Shown piece by piece: positions 1 to 12,580 of a DNA stretch of 64,000 nt. Numbering within the stretch: position 1 is the stretch's first letter; each line of letters begins with the position of its first letter. A program made the position numbers and the translations under genes. The notes below the pieces were generated by a model, which saw nothing but the letters and a program-made list of their open reading frames with translations, did no database searches and was not told the origin of the DNA. The stretch lies in contig OX597842.1 in NCBI GenBank assembly GCA_951406725.2, positions 30,194,001 to 30,258,000 of the forward strand, in the 5' to 3' direction. This DNA is from Octopus vulgaris. Taxonomy: Eukaryota.

Positions 1-163
1 GATGATGATGATGATGTGCTAGTGTTTGGGCCTCTTGTATCCCATTAAACCATCCAACTCGAGTCAGAATGGGGACATGAAGGTTAAATTGGAAGGATGA
101 GGGTGATGATGATGATGACTTTGACTACAATAAAGACTTAGTTTTTTTCTTGTACTCTTTCAG

Positions 164-653
164 AATATCGCAAAGGTCCCGATTGAGCCTTTCATCGAGG
201 AACTCGGAGATTTCCAATTCAACCCGGGTCCCAAGAAAAAACTCGTTCTGGTCGGCGTGATGACGAGTTCGCAGTATTTCGATACCCGAGACTGGGCCAT
301 TCGAATGACGTGGCTGAAATCGATCCCTGGCGACGTGGTCTTCTTCATCGGCAACAGCACAGATCCAGCCCCTCCCGGGATGCCCTTAATAAGGCTGAAT
401 CGCGTACCAGACAACGTGTACCCACCACAGGGCAAAGTATTTGAGATGCTGAGGTACCTACACGAGAATCATGCGGATAAATACGAATACTTCATCCGTG
501 CTGACGACGACGTGTTTATAAAGGGCCAAGAACTGGGAAGTTTGCTCAAGTCCTTAAACAGTGAGGAGAAGATCTACATGGGCCATTACGGTCAAGGGGT
601 CCCTGAGGAGATCGGAAAATTAGGGATTGGAAAAGACTATTTGTACTGCATAG
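164..653 (+). CDS. CHSY1: Chondroitin sulfate synthase 1-like, internal exon A (Fringe-like GT31 GlcA-transferase domain)
   Basis: Acceptor tttcag at 161-163, donor gtaagt at 654. Translates LVLVGVMTSSQYFDTR..TW..DNVYPPQGKVFEMLRYLHENHADKYEYFIRADDDVFI, matching CHSY-family motifs including the DxD. Upstream exon(s) lie outside the window. Confidence 0.9.
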
Positions 654-664
654 GTAAGTGTTTG

Positions 665-1140
665 TTAGTGTTGTTGCTGTTGTTGTTGCTGTAGTGATAG
701 TATTGATGGTGGTGGTGGTGGTGGTGGTGATGGTGGTGTTGGTGGTGGTTGTGATGGTGGTTGTGATGGTGGTGGTGGTGGCGGTGGCGGTGGCAGTGAC
801 GGTGGTGGTGGTGGTGTTGGTGGTGGTTGTGATGGTGGTGGTAGTGTCGGTGGTGGTGGTGGTGGTTGTGTTGGTGTTGGTGTTGGTGGTGGTGGTGATG
901 GTGGTGATGTTGGTGGTGGTGGTGGTGATGGTGGTGATGTTGGTGGTGGTTGTGATGGTGGTGGTTGTGATGGTGGTGGTGGTGGTGGTGGTAGTGGTGG
1001 TGGTGTTGGTGTTGGTGGTGGTTGTGATGGTGGTGGTGGTAGTGGTGGTCTTGGTGGTGGTGGTGGTTGTGTTGGTGGTGGTGGTGGTGGTGGTGGTGTT
1101 GGTGGTGTTGGCGGTGGTGGTGGTGGGGGTGATTGTGGTG
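665..1140. repeat. Degenerate (GGT)n microsatellite
   Basis: Direct reading; it is the source of the poly-V and poly-P ORFs. Confidence 0.95.
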
Positions 1141-1241
1141 TAAGTGGCATTTGAGGTACCAGGAAATGCAAAGGTACCGTTTTCAATTTGAAGGCAATCA
1201 ACGAAAGACTAGTTGATTATTTTGCGATCTCCAAAACAAAG

Positions 1242-1278
<37 letters not shown>

Positions 1279-1294
1279 TATCATTTTATTATTA

Positions 1295-1332
<38 letters not shown>

Positions 1333-1378
1333 TATTATTATTATTATTATTATAATTGTTATTATTATTATTATTATT

Positions 1379-1933
1379 GAGTGAGCGAGCAGAGCATGCC
1401 ATCAAAGTGACACTGGGGTAAAATATACAAAGCCCAGTATACCCATCATGACTACCCGTCTGATAAAGGTACACCAGGCACATGCATCACAACCATATGT
1501 GCGCGACATGGTGATCTCATATCAAGATAAACAGCACATGACCTTGCAGGTGGAGCCCAGTTAGAATTTTCTTCAGGTCGAGTAACCCATCCCGCTCAAA
1601 AGGTCCCTGAATAAGGGTTGTTTAAGGACGTTGAACGAAACACCCATGTTTCCAGAGGTGAATTATTCAAACCCCAAAGAATCCTTCTCAACACATGGCT
1701 ATGATGCTCCCCCACTACTTCTGCTCGTGATCAGAGATGCACCTATCGTCAGCCACTAAGGGACATGCTCAACTGGTTACGGTCAAACAACTGACAAGCA
1801 AATCTGTGGTATTGAGCAGAATATTGCTGTAAAACCCATCTTTTATACCAAGACAAAACAATGTACATGATAACACTTCCAATCAGTTAAGATCAGAAGC
1901 CATGAGAGCCACTGCCTGGTACTGCATCAGGGC

Positions 1934-1937
<4 letters not shown>
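1379..1937 (-). mobile_element. ~560-bp non-coding interspersed repeat embedded in (TAA)n tracts
   Basis: The same sequence recurs at 15143-16420 and every copy is flanked by (ATT)n. Strand is inferred. Confidence 0.75.
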
Positions 1938-2004
<67 letters not shown>

Positions 2005-2027
2005 TATTATTATTATTATTATTATAA

Positions 2028-2067
<40 letters not shown>

Positions 2068-2087
2068 CATTATTATTATTATTATAA

Positions 2088-2137
<50 letters not shown>

Positions 2138-2250
2138 TATTATTATTATTATAATTGTTATTATTATTATTATTATTATAATTATTATTATTATTATTAT
2201 TATCATTATTATTATTATTATTATTATTATCATCATCATCATCATCATCA

Positions 2251-2285
<35 letters not shown>

Positions 2286-2319
2286 ATTATTATTATTATT
2301 ATTATAATTGTTATTTTTA

Positions 2320-2384
<65 letters not shown>

Positions 2385-2400
2385 CATGATCATCATCATT
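1938..2400. repeat. (ATT)n/(ATC)n microsatellite abutting a splice acceptor
   Basis: Direct reading. Confidence 0.95.
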
Positions 2401-2406
2401 TTACAG

Positions 2407-2561
2407 GTGGCCCAGGTGTTATATTCAGTCACGTAGCACTAAAAATATTGGCCCCAAATCTGGACAATTGCAAAGGGGACACTGCCACGACCCATGAGGA
2501 CACTGAATTGGGGAGGTGTGTGGAGAATTATCTCAAAACTGAATGCAAATCAAACAAAAAG
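2407..2561 (+). CDS. CHSY1: CHSY1-like exon B
   Basis: ttacag acceptor, gtaaaa donor at 2562. The phase-1 join gives YCIG-GPGVIFS...HEDTELGRCV, the CHSY CxGGPG and HEDxExGRC motifs. Confidence 0.9.
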
Positions 2562-2607
2562 GTAAAAATTAATCTATTTATCCCTCTCTGTCTCTCTCTC
2601 TCTCCCC

Positions 2608-2870
<263 letters not shown>

Positions 2871-3011
2871 TATAAAATAACCACCTTTTATCAATTCAAG
2901 ATTAACAATTAAATTACACCATCTAGTAAATTACATATAATAGAAATATAAAAAAATAAAGTAACGATGATATACCGATGATTAAGTAAATTGCAAAATA
3001 ATAATAATTAT

Positions 3012-3078
<67 letters not shown>

Positions 3079-3390
3079 ACACTAGAATGGGAGAAAGCGC
3101 TAATGATCTAAGTGATATGATATATATGTAAAAAATATAATATATAAATAAATATCTGTAAATATAAACCATCCGATCTTCTGATTACCTCATTTCTTCT
3201 AACATATATATATATATATATATATATATTACTGGTGAATATTAAAATTCAATAATCGCACCAACGCACGGTTGTAATACCATATGGTTGTACCTCCAAC
3301 TGTGCTGTCTTCTGCTGTGATTTTTGCTACCAAGGTATCGGTTAAACTTTTGATTAATCTGCAACAAGATTATTCATCTTTCTATTTCAC

Positions 3391-3433
<43 letters not shown>

Positions 3434-4146
3434 TGACCACCGTCTCGCCCTACCTCACACGCCTACACACAGACGCACACACTAACACATACATATATTT
3501 TTTGTTTTTTTTACCTCGCCTCACACACACACATACAAACACGCACACGCACACACTCACACATACACACACATCTGTTGCGTTACCAACCTTGTCTCCA
3601 CTCTTTTGCCTTTAAAAACCTACTTTGCTCTTGTTATCGTAAACATCCGCCTTTCACCATGTGTAACTCGTAAACACCAGTCGTTTTTTTTCTCTATCCC
3701 TGTTGCCCGCTCTGGGATCTTTCTTTCCTCTCTCTTCCTTCTTTATGTTTCCGACGAAGAGCTCCGCTCGAAACGTCATACCTCCCTGCTTCCATTTCCT
3801 GAGCGCCTATTAATAATAATACTGTAATTGTTCCATTGTTGTTGTTTTTTTGTTTCCCGTTTGGATTAAAATTATATATATATCTATATATATATATATA
3901 TCAAACTAAGGTTAAAGAACAAACAAATGCAAGTTCATCCGCATAACATTTCATAATTCGAACATTTAATCATAGAATATACATATAAACATCCCGCAAG
4001 ATGGAACATAATTCATCTGTACAAGCATATAAGCATATAATAAGGTGCGAGAAAAAAAATTTTTTCATCACAGTTTAGAGTTAATACTTTAGCGATTCAG
4101 AAAAATACATTAAAAAAAAAAAAATTACAACATCTAGAAAGAAATA

Positions 4147-4545
4147 GGCGCAGGAGTGGCTGTGTGGTAAGTAGTTTGCTAACAAACCACATGGTTCCGG
4201 GTTCAGTCCCACTGCGTGGCATCTTGGGCAAGTGTCTTCTGCTATAGCCCCGGGCCGACCAATGCCTTGTGAGTGGATTTGGTAGACGGAAACTGAAAGA
4301 AGCCTGTCGTATATATGTATATATATATATGTATGTGTGTGTTTGTGTGTCTGTGTTTGTCTCCCTCCGATGCTGGTGTGTTTATGTCCCCGTCACTTAG
4401 CGGTTCGGCAAAAAGAGATCGATAGAATAAGTACTGGGCTTACAAAAAGAATAAGTCCCGGGGTCGAGTTGCTCGACTAAAGGCGGTGCTCCAGCATGGC
4501 CGCAGTCAAATGACTGAAACAAGTAAAAGAGTAAAAAAGAGTAAG
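4147..4545 (+). mobile_element. tRNA-derived SINE, family A (full length, internal TA/TG tract)
   Basis: A-box-like tggctgtgtggtaa, B-box-like ggttcagtccc, central ttgggcaagtgtctt and a (gagtaaa) tail. Other copies at 11765-12580, 18920-19813, 31255-31651 and 44805-44945. Confidence 0.85.
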
Positions 4546-4655
4546 AGTAAAGTAAAAATATAATATAAAGTAATATATAAAAATATATAGGTATATAAAA
4601 ATATATAAAATATATATATATATATAGGAGGCATATAAAAAATATATAATTAAGA

Positions 4656-4976
4656 AAGACTCCGCCGGTTACAACGACGCGGGTCCCAGCTGATACGATC
4701 AACGGAACAGCTTGCTCGTGAAATTAACGTGCAAATGGCTGAGCATTCCACAGACACGTGTACCCTTAACGTAGTTCTCGGGGATAATCAGCGTGACACA
4801 GAGAGTGACAAGGCTGACCCTTTGAAATACAAGTACAACTCATTTTTGCCAGCTGAGTGGACTGGAGCAACGTGAAATAAAGTGTCTTGCTCAAGGACAC
4901 AACGCGTCGCCGGGAATCGAACTCACAACCTTACGATCATGAGCCGAATGCCCTAACCACTAAGCCACGAGCCCTC
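4656..4976 (-). mobile_element. tRNA-derived SINE, family B2
   Basis: The minus strand begins gagggctcgtggcttagtggttaggg...gagttcgattccc, followed by ccttgagcaagacact. Its 3' half is shared with family B1. A partial copy lies at 63608-63800. Confidence 0.8.
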
Positions 4977-5109
4977 AAAAAAAAAAAAAAAAAAATATAT
5001 ATAATATATATCATGTAAATAAAATAAAAGTTCATCGTTTAGAAATCTTATAAAATTATTCAAGTAAGAGAAGCCTTATAGTTAAAAAAGAGGAAACCAT
5101 ATTTACTTA

Positions 5110-5189
5110 TCCCTATGGCCATTTCAGGGGTGTATTATTATGTTTAAAGCACTAGGGTGCATTAAGATAATACCTCCTTCGTCAGGGGA
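5110..5189 (-). ncRNA. Minimal type I hammerhead ribozyme
   Basis: Minus strand reads uccc-CUGACGA-[agg..guauuau..gcac/gugc..auaauac..ccu]-GAAA-U-GGCC-A-UA-ggga: stem I 4 bp, long stem II, 1-bp stem III with palindromic loop, AUA triplet. Confidence 0.75.
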
Positions 5190-5301
5190 AAAAATACAGA
5201 AAGACAGACATCAGCGCGTACCAGGCTAGCACAATGTTGTGTGCTTTCCTATTGAAGCATTCATGCTCGGATAAGCCCAAAAGAAATATATGTATATATA
5301 T

Positions 5302-5686
5302 GGAAGCACTCGGTCGGTTACGACGACGAGGGTTCCGGTTGATCCGAATCAACGGAACAGCCTGCTCGTGAAATTAACGTGTAAGTGGCTGAGCACTCCA
5401 CAGACACGTGCACCCTTAACGTAGTTCTCGAGGAGATCCAGCGTGACACAGAGAGTGACAAGGCCGGCCCTTTGAAATACAGGTGCAACAGAAACAGGAA
5501 GTAAGAGTGAGAGAAAGTTGTGGTGAAAGAGTACAGCAGGGATCACCACCATCCCCTGCCGGAGCCTCGTGGAGCTTTAGGTGTTTTCGCTCAGTAAACA
5601 CTCACAACGCCCGGTCTGGGAATCGAAACCGCGATCCTGCGACCGCGAGTCCGCTGCCCTAACCACTGGCACATTGCGCCTCCACG
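5302..5686 (-). mobile_element. tRNA-derived SINE, family B1
   Basis: Reverse complement of the copy starting at 5996, with A/B-box-like head. Confidence 0.85.
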
Positions 5687-5995
5687 TATATATATATATA
5701 TACATATATACGATGGGGCTGCTACTAAGTTCTTGGCTTTGTCTAAAAGAAAATACAGGAGGATCTGTTAATTGTGATTTTATTCAACATATTTCCCTCT
5801 CAGATTCACACACTTATTGCAGTGGCCCTTCAGTTTTTCTAAGACCTATAAAGTTTGGTCCTCCAGCCAAGCCTTGCATGGTACGCTTAAAGCCAAGGCA
5901 TTTTCAATGCCCCAGTATGCCATGCTACGAAAGTGAATGCAAGACCATATGTTTAGGAACCAAATTTCTTTTCCAGGCGATTATTAATCTTGTTC

Positions 5996-6740
5996 GTGGA
6001 TGCGCATTGGCCCAGTGGTTAGGGCAGCGGACTCGCGGTCGTAGGATCGCGGTTTCGATTCCCAGACCGGGCGTTGTGAGTGTTTATTGAGCGAAAACAC
6101 CCAAAGCTCCACGAGGCTCCGGCAGGGGATGGTGGTGATCCCTGCTGTACTCTTTCACCACAACTTTCTCTCACTCTTACTTCCTGTTTCTGTTGTACCT
6201 GTATTTCAAAGGGCTGGCCTTGTCACTCTCTGTGTCACGCTGAATATCCCCGAGAACTACGTTAAGCGTACACGTGTCTGTGGAGTGCTCAGCCACTTGC
6301 ACATTAATTTCACGAGCAGGCTGTTCCGTTGATCGGATCAACCGGAACCCTCATCGTCGTAACCGACGGAGTGCTTCCATCCATTTCAAGGGGCCGGCCT
6401 TGTCACTCTCTGTGTCACGCTGAATATCCCCGAGAACTACATTAAGGGTACAGGTGTCTGTGGAGTGCTCAGCCACTTACACGTTAATTTCACGAGCAGG
6501 CTGTTCCATTGATCGGATCAACCGGAACCCTCATCGTCATAACCGACGGAGTGTTTCCATCCATTTCAAGGGGCCGGCCTTGTCACTCTCTGTGTCACGC
6601 TGAATATCCCCGAGAACTACGTTAAGGGTACAGGTGTCTGTGGAGTGCTCAGCCACTTACACGTTAATTTCACGAGCAGGCTGTTCCGTTGATCAGATCA
6701 ACCGGAACCCTCGTCATCGTAACCGACGGAGTGCTTCCAT
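5996..6740 (+). mobile_element. SINE family B1 with triplicated 3' ~180 bp
   Basis: Head tggcccagtggttaggg...ggtttcgattccc. The segment atttcaa..ggccttgtcactc...gtgcttccat occurs three times (about 6200, 6383, 6562). Confidence 0.85.
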
Positions 6741-6833
6741 ATCCATATAATCTTGTTCTTTTGCTAAGCAATTTTACAAATTTTATTTATATTATTTTAA
6801 TTCATTTTGTTTCTTTACTCTTTTATTTTGCAG

Positions 6834-8348
6834 GTGAGAGCCTTATTCTACCAGAATTACCGTGAAGTGAAGGGCACTTTTAACCATGAACTAGGAAAGA
6901 AGGAAAGTCATGCATTCACGTTGCATCCAGTGAAGAATAGTAGTTTCGTAATACGTTTGGCATTGCATTTCAAAGACGATGAAATTAAATGGTTGAAAAG
7001 AAAAGCAGACACCTTGAGAAATGAGCTGGAAATGGTCATGAGGGGAATGACTTCAAAACAGCTGAAGCGTCTGTCAATGCCTATGATGAAATATCTTCAC
7101 AATATTGAATATTTTAAAAGAAAACATGAACCGAAGAAGGCCTCTGTCAAATTTTGGTATGATACTGGTGATGACACAGCACAATGGGAGCATATTGAAA
7201 TGGAGTCAATTTATTCCATGGCAAATATTCATCAGGCACCGAAACAGAAGCTGAGTGTGAAAAAACATGATGAAACCGTACAGAATGCTGTCAGAGCTCT
7301 CCTTAACCATTATTGGGAAGGAGTAGATAATATCAAGTTTAAGAAGTTTCTCCGAGCCTATCGTTACATGTCACCTATCCAAGGGGTACAACATCTACTA
7401 CAAGTCTACTTATTGCAACGAAAGACTAGAAATGGTTATTACAATGGCACATTTATGGCCTCGCAGCGTCTACTGCCTCTGAAGTTTACTGAAGAAGCTG
7501 ACTTGTTTAAGCGCCATTTTGATATCAATACCAAATACAATAACAGCAATGGTGGTGGGCAGATGAAAGAAATCAATCTGATTATGCCAATTGCTGGAAA
7601 ATTAGAAGCATTTGTACGATTTACAGAGACACTAGAGAAGATCTTCAAAAGAACACTGGAGAACCTCAAAGTGATCCTTGTTATCTACAAAGATCCAGAA
7701 GGAGCCTGGGTCAAACAAATCGCTATGATGAAACGTTTAGCATCTCAGTACCCTTCCATGAAACTAGAAATAACATTTTTGACTGGAGATTTTGCTCGTG
7801 GGGTGGCATTGCAGCATGGCATGAAGAACTGCAGTAATGACTCCCTTCTCCTTTTTATTGATATCGATATGGCCATCACAGAGACATTTCTACATCGAGT
7901 ACGAGAGAACACAATATATGGCAAGCAAGTGTATTTTCCAGTTTATTTCAGCCAGTTTGATCCTGAATCTATTTGCTACAAACCAAATTGTAAGAAGAAC
8001 CATTACTTATTTGGCAAAGATGACGGCTTTTGGAGATATTTCGGTTTTGGTATGGTGTCCATCTATAAAAAAGACTTTCTGGAAGTGGGTGGGTATGACA
8101 CAAAAATTGAAGGATGGGGCAAAGAGGACATAGATTTCTATGAACTATGCCTCAGGTCTAACCTGACAGCAGTTCGGGCACCTGATTTGTCACTTATACA
8201 CGTTTACCACCCAAAATTCTGTTCACATGATTTGAATGATGAACAGTACCAAATGTGTCTAGATTCAAAAAGCGGTATCTTTGGGTCTCTATATCAAGAG
8301 GCTAGGGCTATCTACAGATTACCAGAAATATTAAATAAATATAAATAA
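6834..8348 (+). CDS. CHSY1: CHSY1-like terminal exon (GT7-like GalNAc-transferase domain)
   Basis: Polypyrimidine tract plus cag at 6831-6833; phase-0 join to VRALFYQNY. Contains TLHPVK, FIDID (DxD), VYFPVYFSQF, GFWRYFGFGM and GGYDTKIEGWGKEDID; stop TAA at 8348. Confidence 0.92.
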   Translation: MRALFYQNYREVKGTFNHELGKKESHAFTLHPVKNSSFVIRLALHFKDDEIKWLKRKADTLRNELEMVMRGMTSKQLKRLSMPMMKYLHNIEYFKRKHEPKKASVKFWYDTGDDTAQWEHIEMESIYSMANIHQAPKQKLSVKKHDETVQNAVRALLNHYWEGVDNIKFKKFLRAYRYMSPIQGVQHLLQVYLLQRKTRNGYYNGTFMASQRLLPLKFTEEADLFKRHFDINTKYNNSNGGGQMKEINLIMPIAGKLEAFVRFTETLEKIFKRTLENLKVILVIYKDPEGAWVKQIAMMKRLASQYPSMKLEITFLTGDFARGVALQHGMKNCSNDSLLLFIDIDMAITETFLHRVRENTIYGKQVYFPVYFSQFDPESICYKPNCKKNHYLFGKDDGFWRYFGFGMVSIYKKDFLEVGGYDTKIEGWGKEDIDFYELCLRSNLTAVRAPDLSLIHVYHPKFCSHDLNDEQYQMCLDSKSGIFGSLYQEARAIYRLPEILNKYK

Positions 8349-8772
8349 ATATCAAAGACAGACAGAATGGAGAAAGATCCAAATAAAAAGAAGTTGTGGG
8401 GAGAATAAAAGGGGGAGAGGAAAATGTGGTTATGAGATATTTGGTAGTAACTTTGAAAGCACAAATATAGACCTACATGTTTGTGTATAAACATGTTGGA
8501 TTGTTCTACATTCATGCATATACATGCATAAACACCATACACACGTATATAAGCTTGTATATGTGCTTAAATGCATGCATTCCACTCACAGACACATGTA
8601 TGCAGATATATGTTTGTGTGTGTATATATATATATATATATATACACACTTATGCGCACACACTTATATACACATACACACACACGTATTAATATATCTA
8701 TCGATACATATATATACATATACATATGGGTGCATGTGTATATGTGTGTAACACGATATATGGCACACACAT

Positions 8773-8865
8773 TTAAATGGATAGGGCTTTTCTAAGGATG
8801 CAGGCAGTACTTGTCTGCACAATCTTTTGGATTTCTCTGAGACATGGGTCTCCTGGGATATTATT
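8773..8865 (-). mobile_element. 3' coding remnant of an RLE-type (R4/Dong-like) non-LTR retrotransposon
   Basis: Translates NIPGDPCLREIQKIVQTSTACILRKALSI*, resembling the IQKxxLxxTAxILR C-terminus of restriction-like-endonuclease LINEs; adjacent to (AAT)n/(GAT)n. Confidence 0.6.
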
Positions 8866-8868
8866 AAT

Positions 8869-8934
<66 letters not shown>

Positions 8935-8956
8935 TTTATTTTTATTGTTATTATTA

Positions 8957-9000
<44 letters not shown>

Positions 9001-9446
9001 GTTCATTCTGCTCATCATGTAATGTACGTGTCTATTCATCATTATTTTATTCATTTTATGCAATTTCAGAAATATCAAAGCATATCTTTGACAATGTGTG
9101 TCTGTGTGTGTGTGTGCATGTATATATATTTCTATATATATATAGATATGTAAAGGTCGCTTGTAAGGGTCTGATCAATTATATTGACAAATGTTGCTGA
9201 TGAATCATAGACAATTATGTAAGTATAATCTGCATTTTGTTAATGAAGAAACAATTGTACAACATTAATCCATTATTTAGTAGTAATTTAATTTCATAGC
9301 ATTGATTGTGGTGCTATTTCTATGTGGATTTATCGTCGGCGACTTTTACCGATCGGACCTATTTCTAGCACTAGAGTTAACATATTCAAAGTTGACTCTC
9401 TAATATTTACGGATATGTAAAGATATATATATATATATATATATAT

Positions 9447-9578
9447 ATTTATTATATAGAAGGAGCTTCTACAGGACTAGAACTGTTTCATTCAAGAGAA
9501 ATCTTCAGGAAGCTTCCTGAAGATTTCTCTTGAATGAAACAGTTCTAGTCCTGTAGAAGCTCCTTCTATATAATAAAT
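9447..9578. repeat. Perfect 132-bp palindrome (Penelope-like terminal inversion)
   Basis: 66-bp arms centred on aag|ctt with no spacer; related copy at 10333-10483. Confidence 0.85.
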
Positions 9579-9644
9579 TAATTTTACTCTGCTATGTATT
9601 GAGTACCTTATTTACTGTGGTTAACCCCGAATCAACCCGGGACC

Positions 9645-9704
<60 letters not shown>

Positions 9705-10295
9705 GGGTGGCGAATACTCATTATAAATATCACCACCAGTGGCCTAGCAACATATTCGTATTTCAAAATAGAAAATTACCCTTTAACAGGCAATTTTACA
9801 TGCTAGAAGTAGCAGCCAACACGGCTAAAAAACCACAATTTTATAGCAAATTTCGAAGTAAATGAAAAATAAAAACCTTTACCTTGTTATATAACGGTCA
9901 TACCATGGTTTCGGATTACTTAAGCAGAATAATATCGTTTGCTATCTTTTAAAAGATAATTTAGCAAGACCATATTATCTCCCAGGCGAATCTTCATCAG
10001 TAACCAGCCTAAACAACTAACTTATAACTCAGAGACAAGATAACACGTGTCTCATCATTATATGCTATAATTTTTCAAATATCACACGCAGGCGTATTTA
10101 CAGTCAGCAATAGATACAATGCTGAGCTGAAACTTCGAGAATGCTAAGGTACATATATATATATATAGGGTGGCGAATACTCTTTATAAATATCACCACC
10201 ATGGCTGCTATTTCTAGCATGTAAAATTGCCTGTTAAAGGGTAATTTTCTATTTTGAAATACATATATATATATACGTATACATATGTGTGTGTG

Positions 10296-10332
<37 letters not shown>

Positions 10333-10337
<5 letters not shown>

Positions 10338-10483
10338 ATAGAAGGAGTTCTACCGGACTAGAACTGTTTCATTCAAATGAAATCATCAGGAAGCTTGGTG
10401 TCAAGATTCTTGACACCAAGCTTCCTGATGATTTCATTTGAATGAAACAGTTCTAGTCCGGTAGAAGCTCCTTCTATAAAATA
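10333..10483. repeat. ~150-bp near-perfect palindrome, same family as 9447-9578
   Basis: Arms centred on gtcaaga-t-tcttgac; same 3' flank ending ...aacccgggacctac. Confidence 0.85.
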
Positions 10484-10551
10484 AATTAATTTACTCTGCT
10501 ATGTATTGAGTACCTTATTTACTGTGGTTAACCCCGACTCAACCCGGGACC

Positions 10552-10721
<170 letters not shown>

Positions 10722-10723
10722 TA

Positions 10724-10897
10724 TATCTTATAAGCAATGGCTAAAGAAGGTTATTCTAAAGCCAATATACTGATATATATGTTCCAAAGTTTTAGTTGCC
10801 CGAATTTCAGTTCAACTTTCTGTAGCAAGTAGATTAAATGTGGATTATCAGTATGTTGGCTTTAGAATAACCTTCTTTAGCCCTTGCTGATAAGATA
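10724..10897. repeat. ~50-bp inverted repeat with ~70-nt spacer
   Basis: gctaaagaaggttattctaaagccaa versus ttggctttagaataaccttctttagc. Confidence 0.75.
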
Positions 10898-11046
10898 TTT
10901 ATAATGTTTAACTGTAAAGGTTCTTTTAATATACTGCCACAATTCCTGATGGAGTTTTTTTTCTGTAGTGAAAAAGGCTTCATCCTTTTTAATAATATAT
11001 ATAGGTATATATATATATATATGCATATATATATATATATATATAT

Positions 11047-11511
11047 AATAAGTATAGGAAAGAATGGAGCTGAGCGAAGATTTAACAAAATTCCTTTATT
11101 TTATTTTCGACATATGTTTCGAAGTTTGCAAAATCCCTAATTCCGAATGAATATGGGCTCCTCGTGAGCAGTCATCTAAAAACTTGTTGTGCATTTTGTT
11201 GGCGAAAGAAGTTCCTGGATTTTCCTGAAGAGAAAGCTGCATAATGGACTCCTTATTCATTCGGAATTAGGAATTTTGCAGACTTCGAAACATATGTCGA
11301 AAATAAAATAAAGGAATTTTGTTAAATCTTCGTTCAGCTCCATTCTTTACTATACTTAATATATTAAATTAAACTTCAAATTTCCGCACTAAGGCACGGA
11401 GTATATGCCCTATGGTCGTAACTTCAACCGTGTTCTTTCTGTTGTGAGTTTGCTACCCAGGTATCGGTTATCTTTCGAATTATCCGTAATAAGATAATTC
11501 ATTTATCTACT

Positions 11512-11515
<4 letters not shown>
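11047..11515 (+). mobile_element. Penelope-like terminal repeat with 5' inverted duplication
   Basis: ~100-bp inverted arms (about 11047-11150 and 11255-11360) overlap a hammerhead motif; the 3' part resembles 3230-3390. Confidence 0.6.
11219..11304 (+). ncRNA. Minimal type I hammerhead ribozyme
   Basis: auuuuc-CUGAAGA-[gaa..cugca...ugcag..uuc]-GAAA-C-AUAU-G-UC-gaaaau: 6-bp stem I, G-C closing stem II, palindromic stem III (ACAUAUGU), GUC cleavage after 11298. Confidence 0.8.
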
Positions 11516-11542
<27 letters not shown>

Positions 11543-11764
11543 GCATATATATATATATGTATATATGCACATATATATATGTGTGTGTGTGTGTATGTAT
11601 ATGTACGTTTAATGAGGTTTCATCTTCGTGAGTGAAATTTGGGGCCATGCTTTGTAAATACCTGTATATATCTAAATTATGAGGGGTTTGATTGCTTGTA
11701 TATTGTTACCTTGTGGGATTCCAATTTCTGGTACTACTGAACTGAGGGTGTCTTTCATTTTTAC

Positions 11765-11998
11765 TTATTTCATTCATTAGACTGTGGCCATGCTGGGGCA
11801 TCACCTTGAAGTAATTTAGTCAAATGTATCGACCCCAGTATTAAATTCCTTTTTGTTTGTTAAGCCTGGTACTTTTTCGATCAGTCTCTTTTTGCCGAAC
11901 CCCTAAGTTACAGGGACGTAAACACACAAACACCGGTTGGCAATCAGTAGTGGGTCACAAACATGTGCACGCATACACACACACACACGCACACACAA

Positions 11999-12061
<63 letters not shown>

Positions 12062-12580
12062 TATATTTATACACGATGTGCTTCTTTCAGTTTCCGTCCA
12101 CTCACAAGGCTTTGGTCAGCCCGAGGCTATAGTAGAAGACACTTGCCCAAAGTTCCACGCAGTGGGACTGAACTCGGAACCATGTGGTTGGTAAGCAAGC
12201 TACTTACCACACAGCCACTCCTGCACCTATATACATATATATATACAATGGGCTTCTTTCAGTTTCCGTCCACCAAATCCACTCACAAGCCTCTGGTCGG
12301 CCTGAGGCTATAGTAGAAGACACTTGCCCAAGGTGCCACACAGTGGGACTGAACCCGGAACCATGTGGCTGGTAAGCAAGCTACTTACCACACAGCCACT
12401 CCTGCACTTATATATATACATACGACAGGCTTCTTTCAGTTTCCGTCTACCAAATCCACTCACAAGGCTTTGGTCAGCCCGAGGCTATAGTAGAAGACAT
12501 TTGCCCAATGTGCCACGCAGTGGGAATGAACCCGGAACCATGTGGTTGGGAAGCAAGCTTCTCCCCACAGAGCTACGCCT
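11765..12580 (-). mobile_element. SINE family A with three tandem head modules
   Basis: One tail (11765-11960), a (CA)n tract, then ~170-bp head units at about 12080, 12251 and 12424. Confidence 0.8.

Noticed and set aside
658-1201. Poly-Val and poly-Pro ORFs
   Set aside because: Translations of an intronic (GGT)n tract.
3751-3778. Hammerhead-like ccgacga-agagctccgctc-gaaacgtc
   Set aside because: The core U is mutated and stem I cannot form; at most a Penelope-like relic.
4147-4225. tRNA gene
   Set aside because: The A/B boxes belong to a SINE head; no complete cloverleaf, and it continues into the SINE body.
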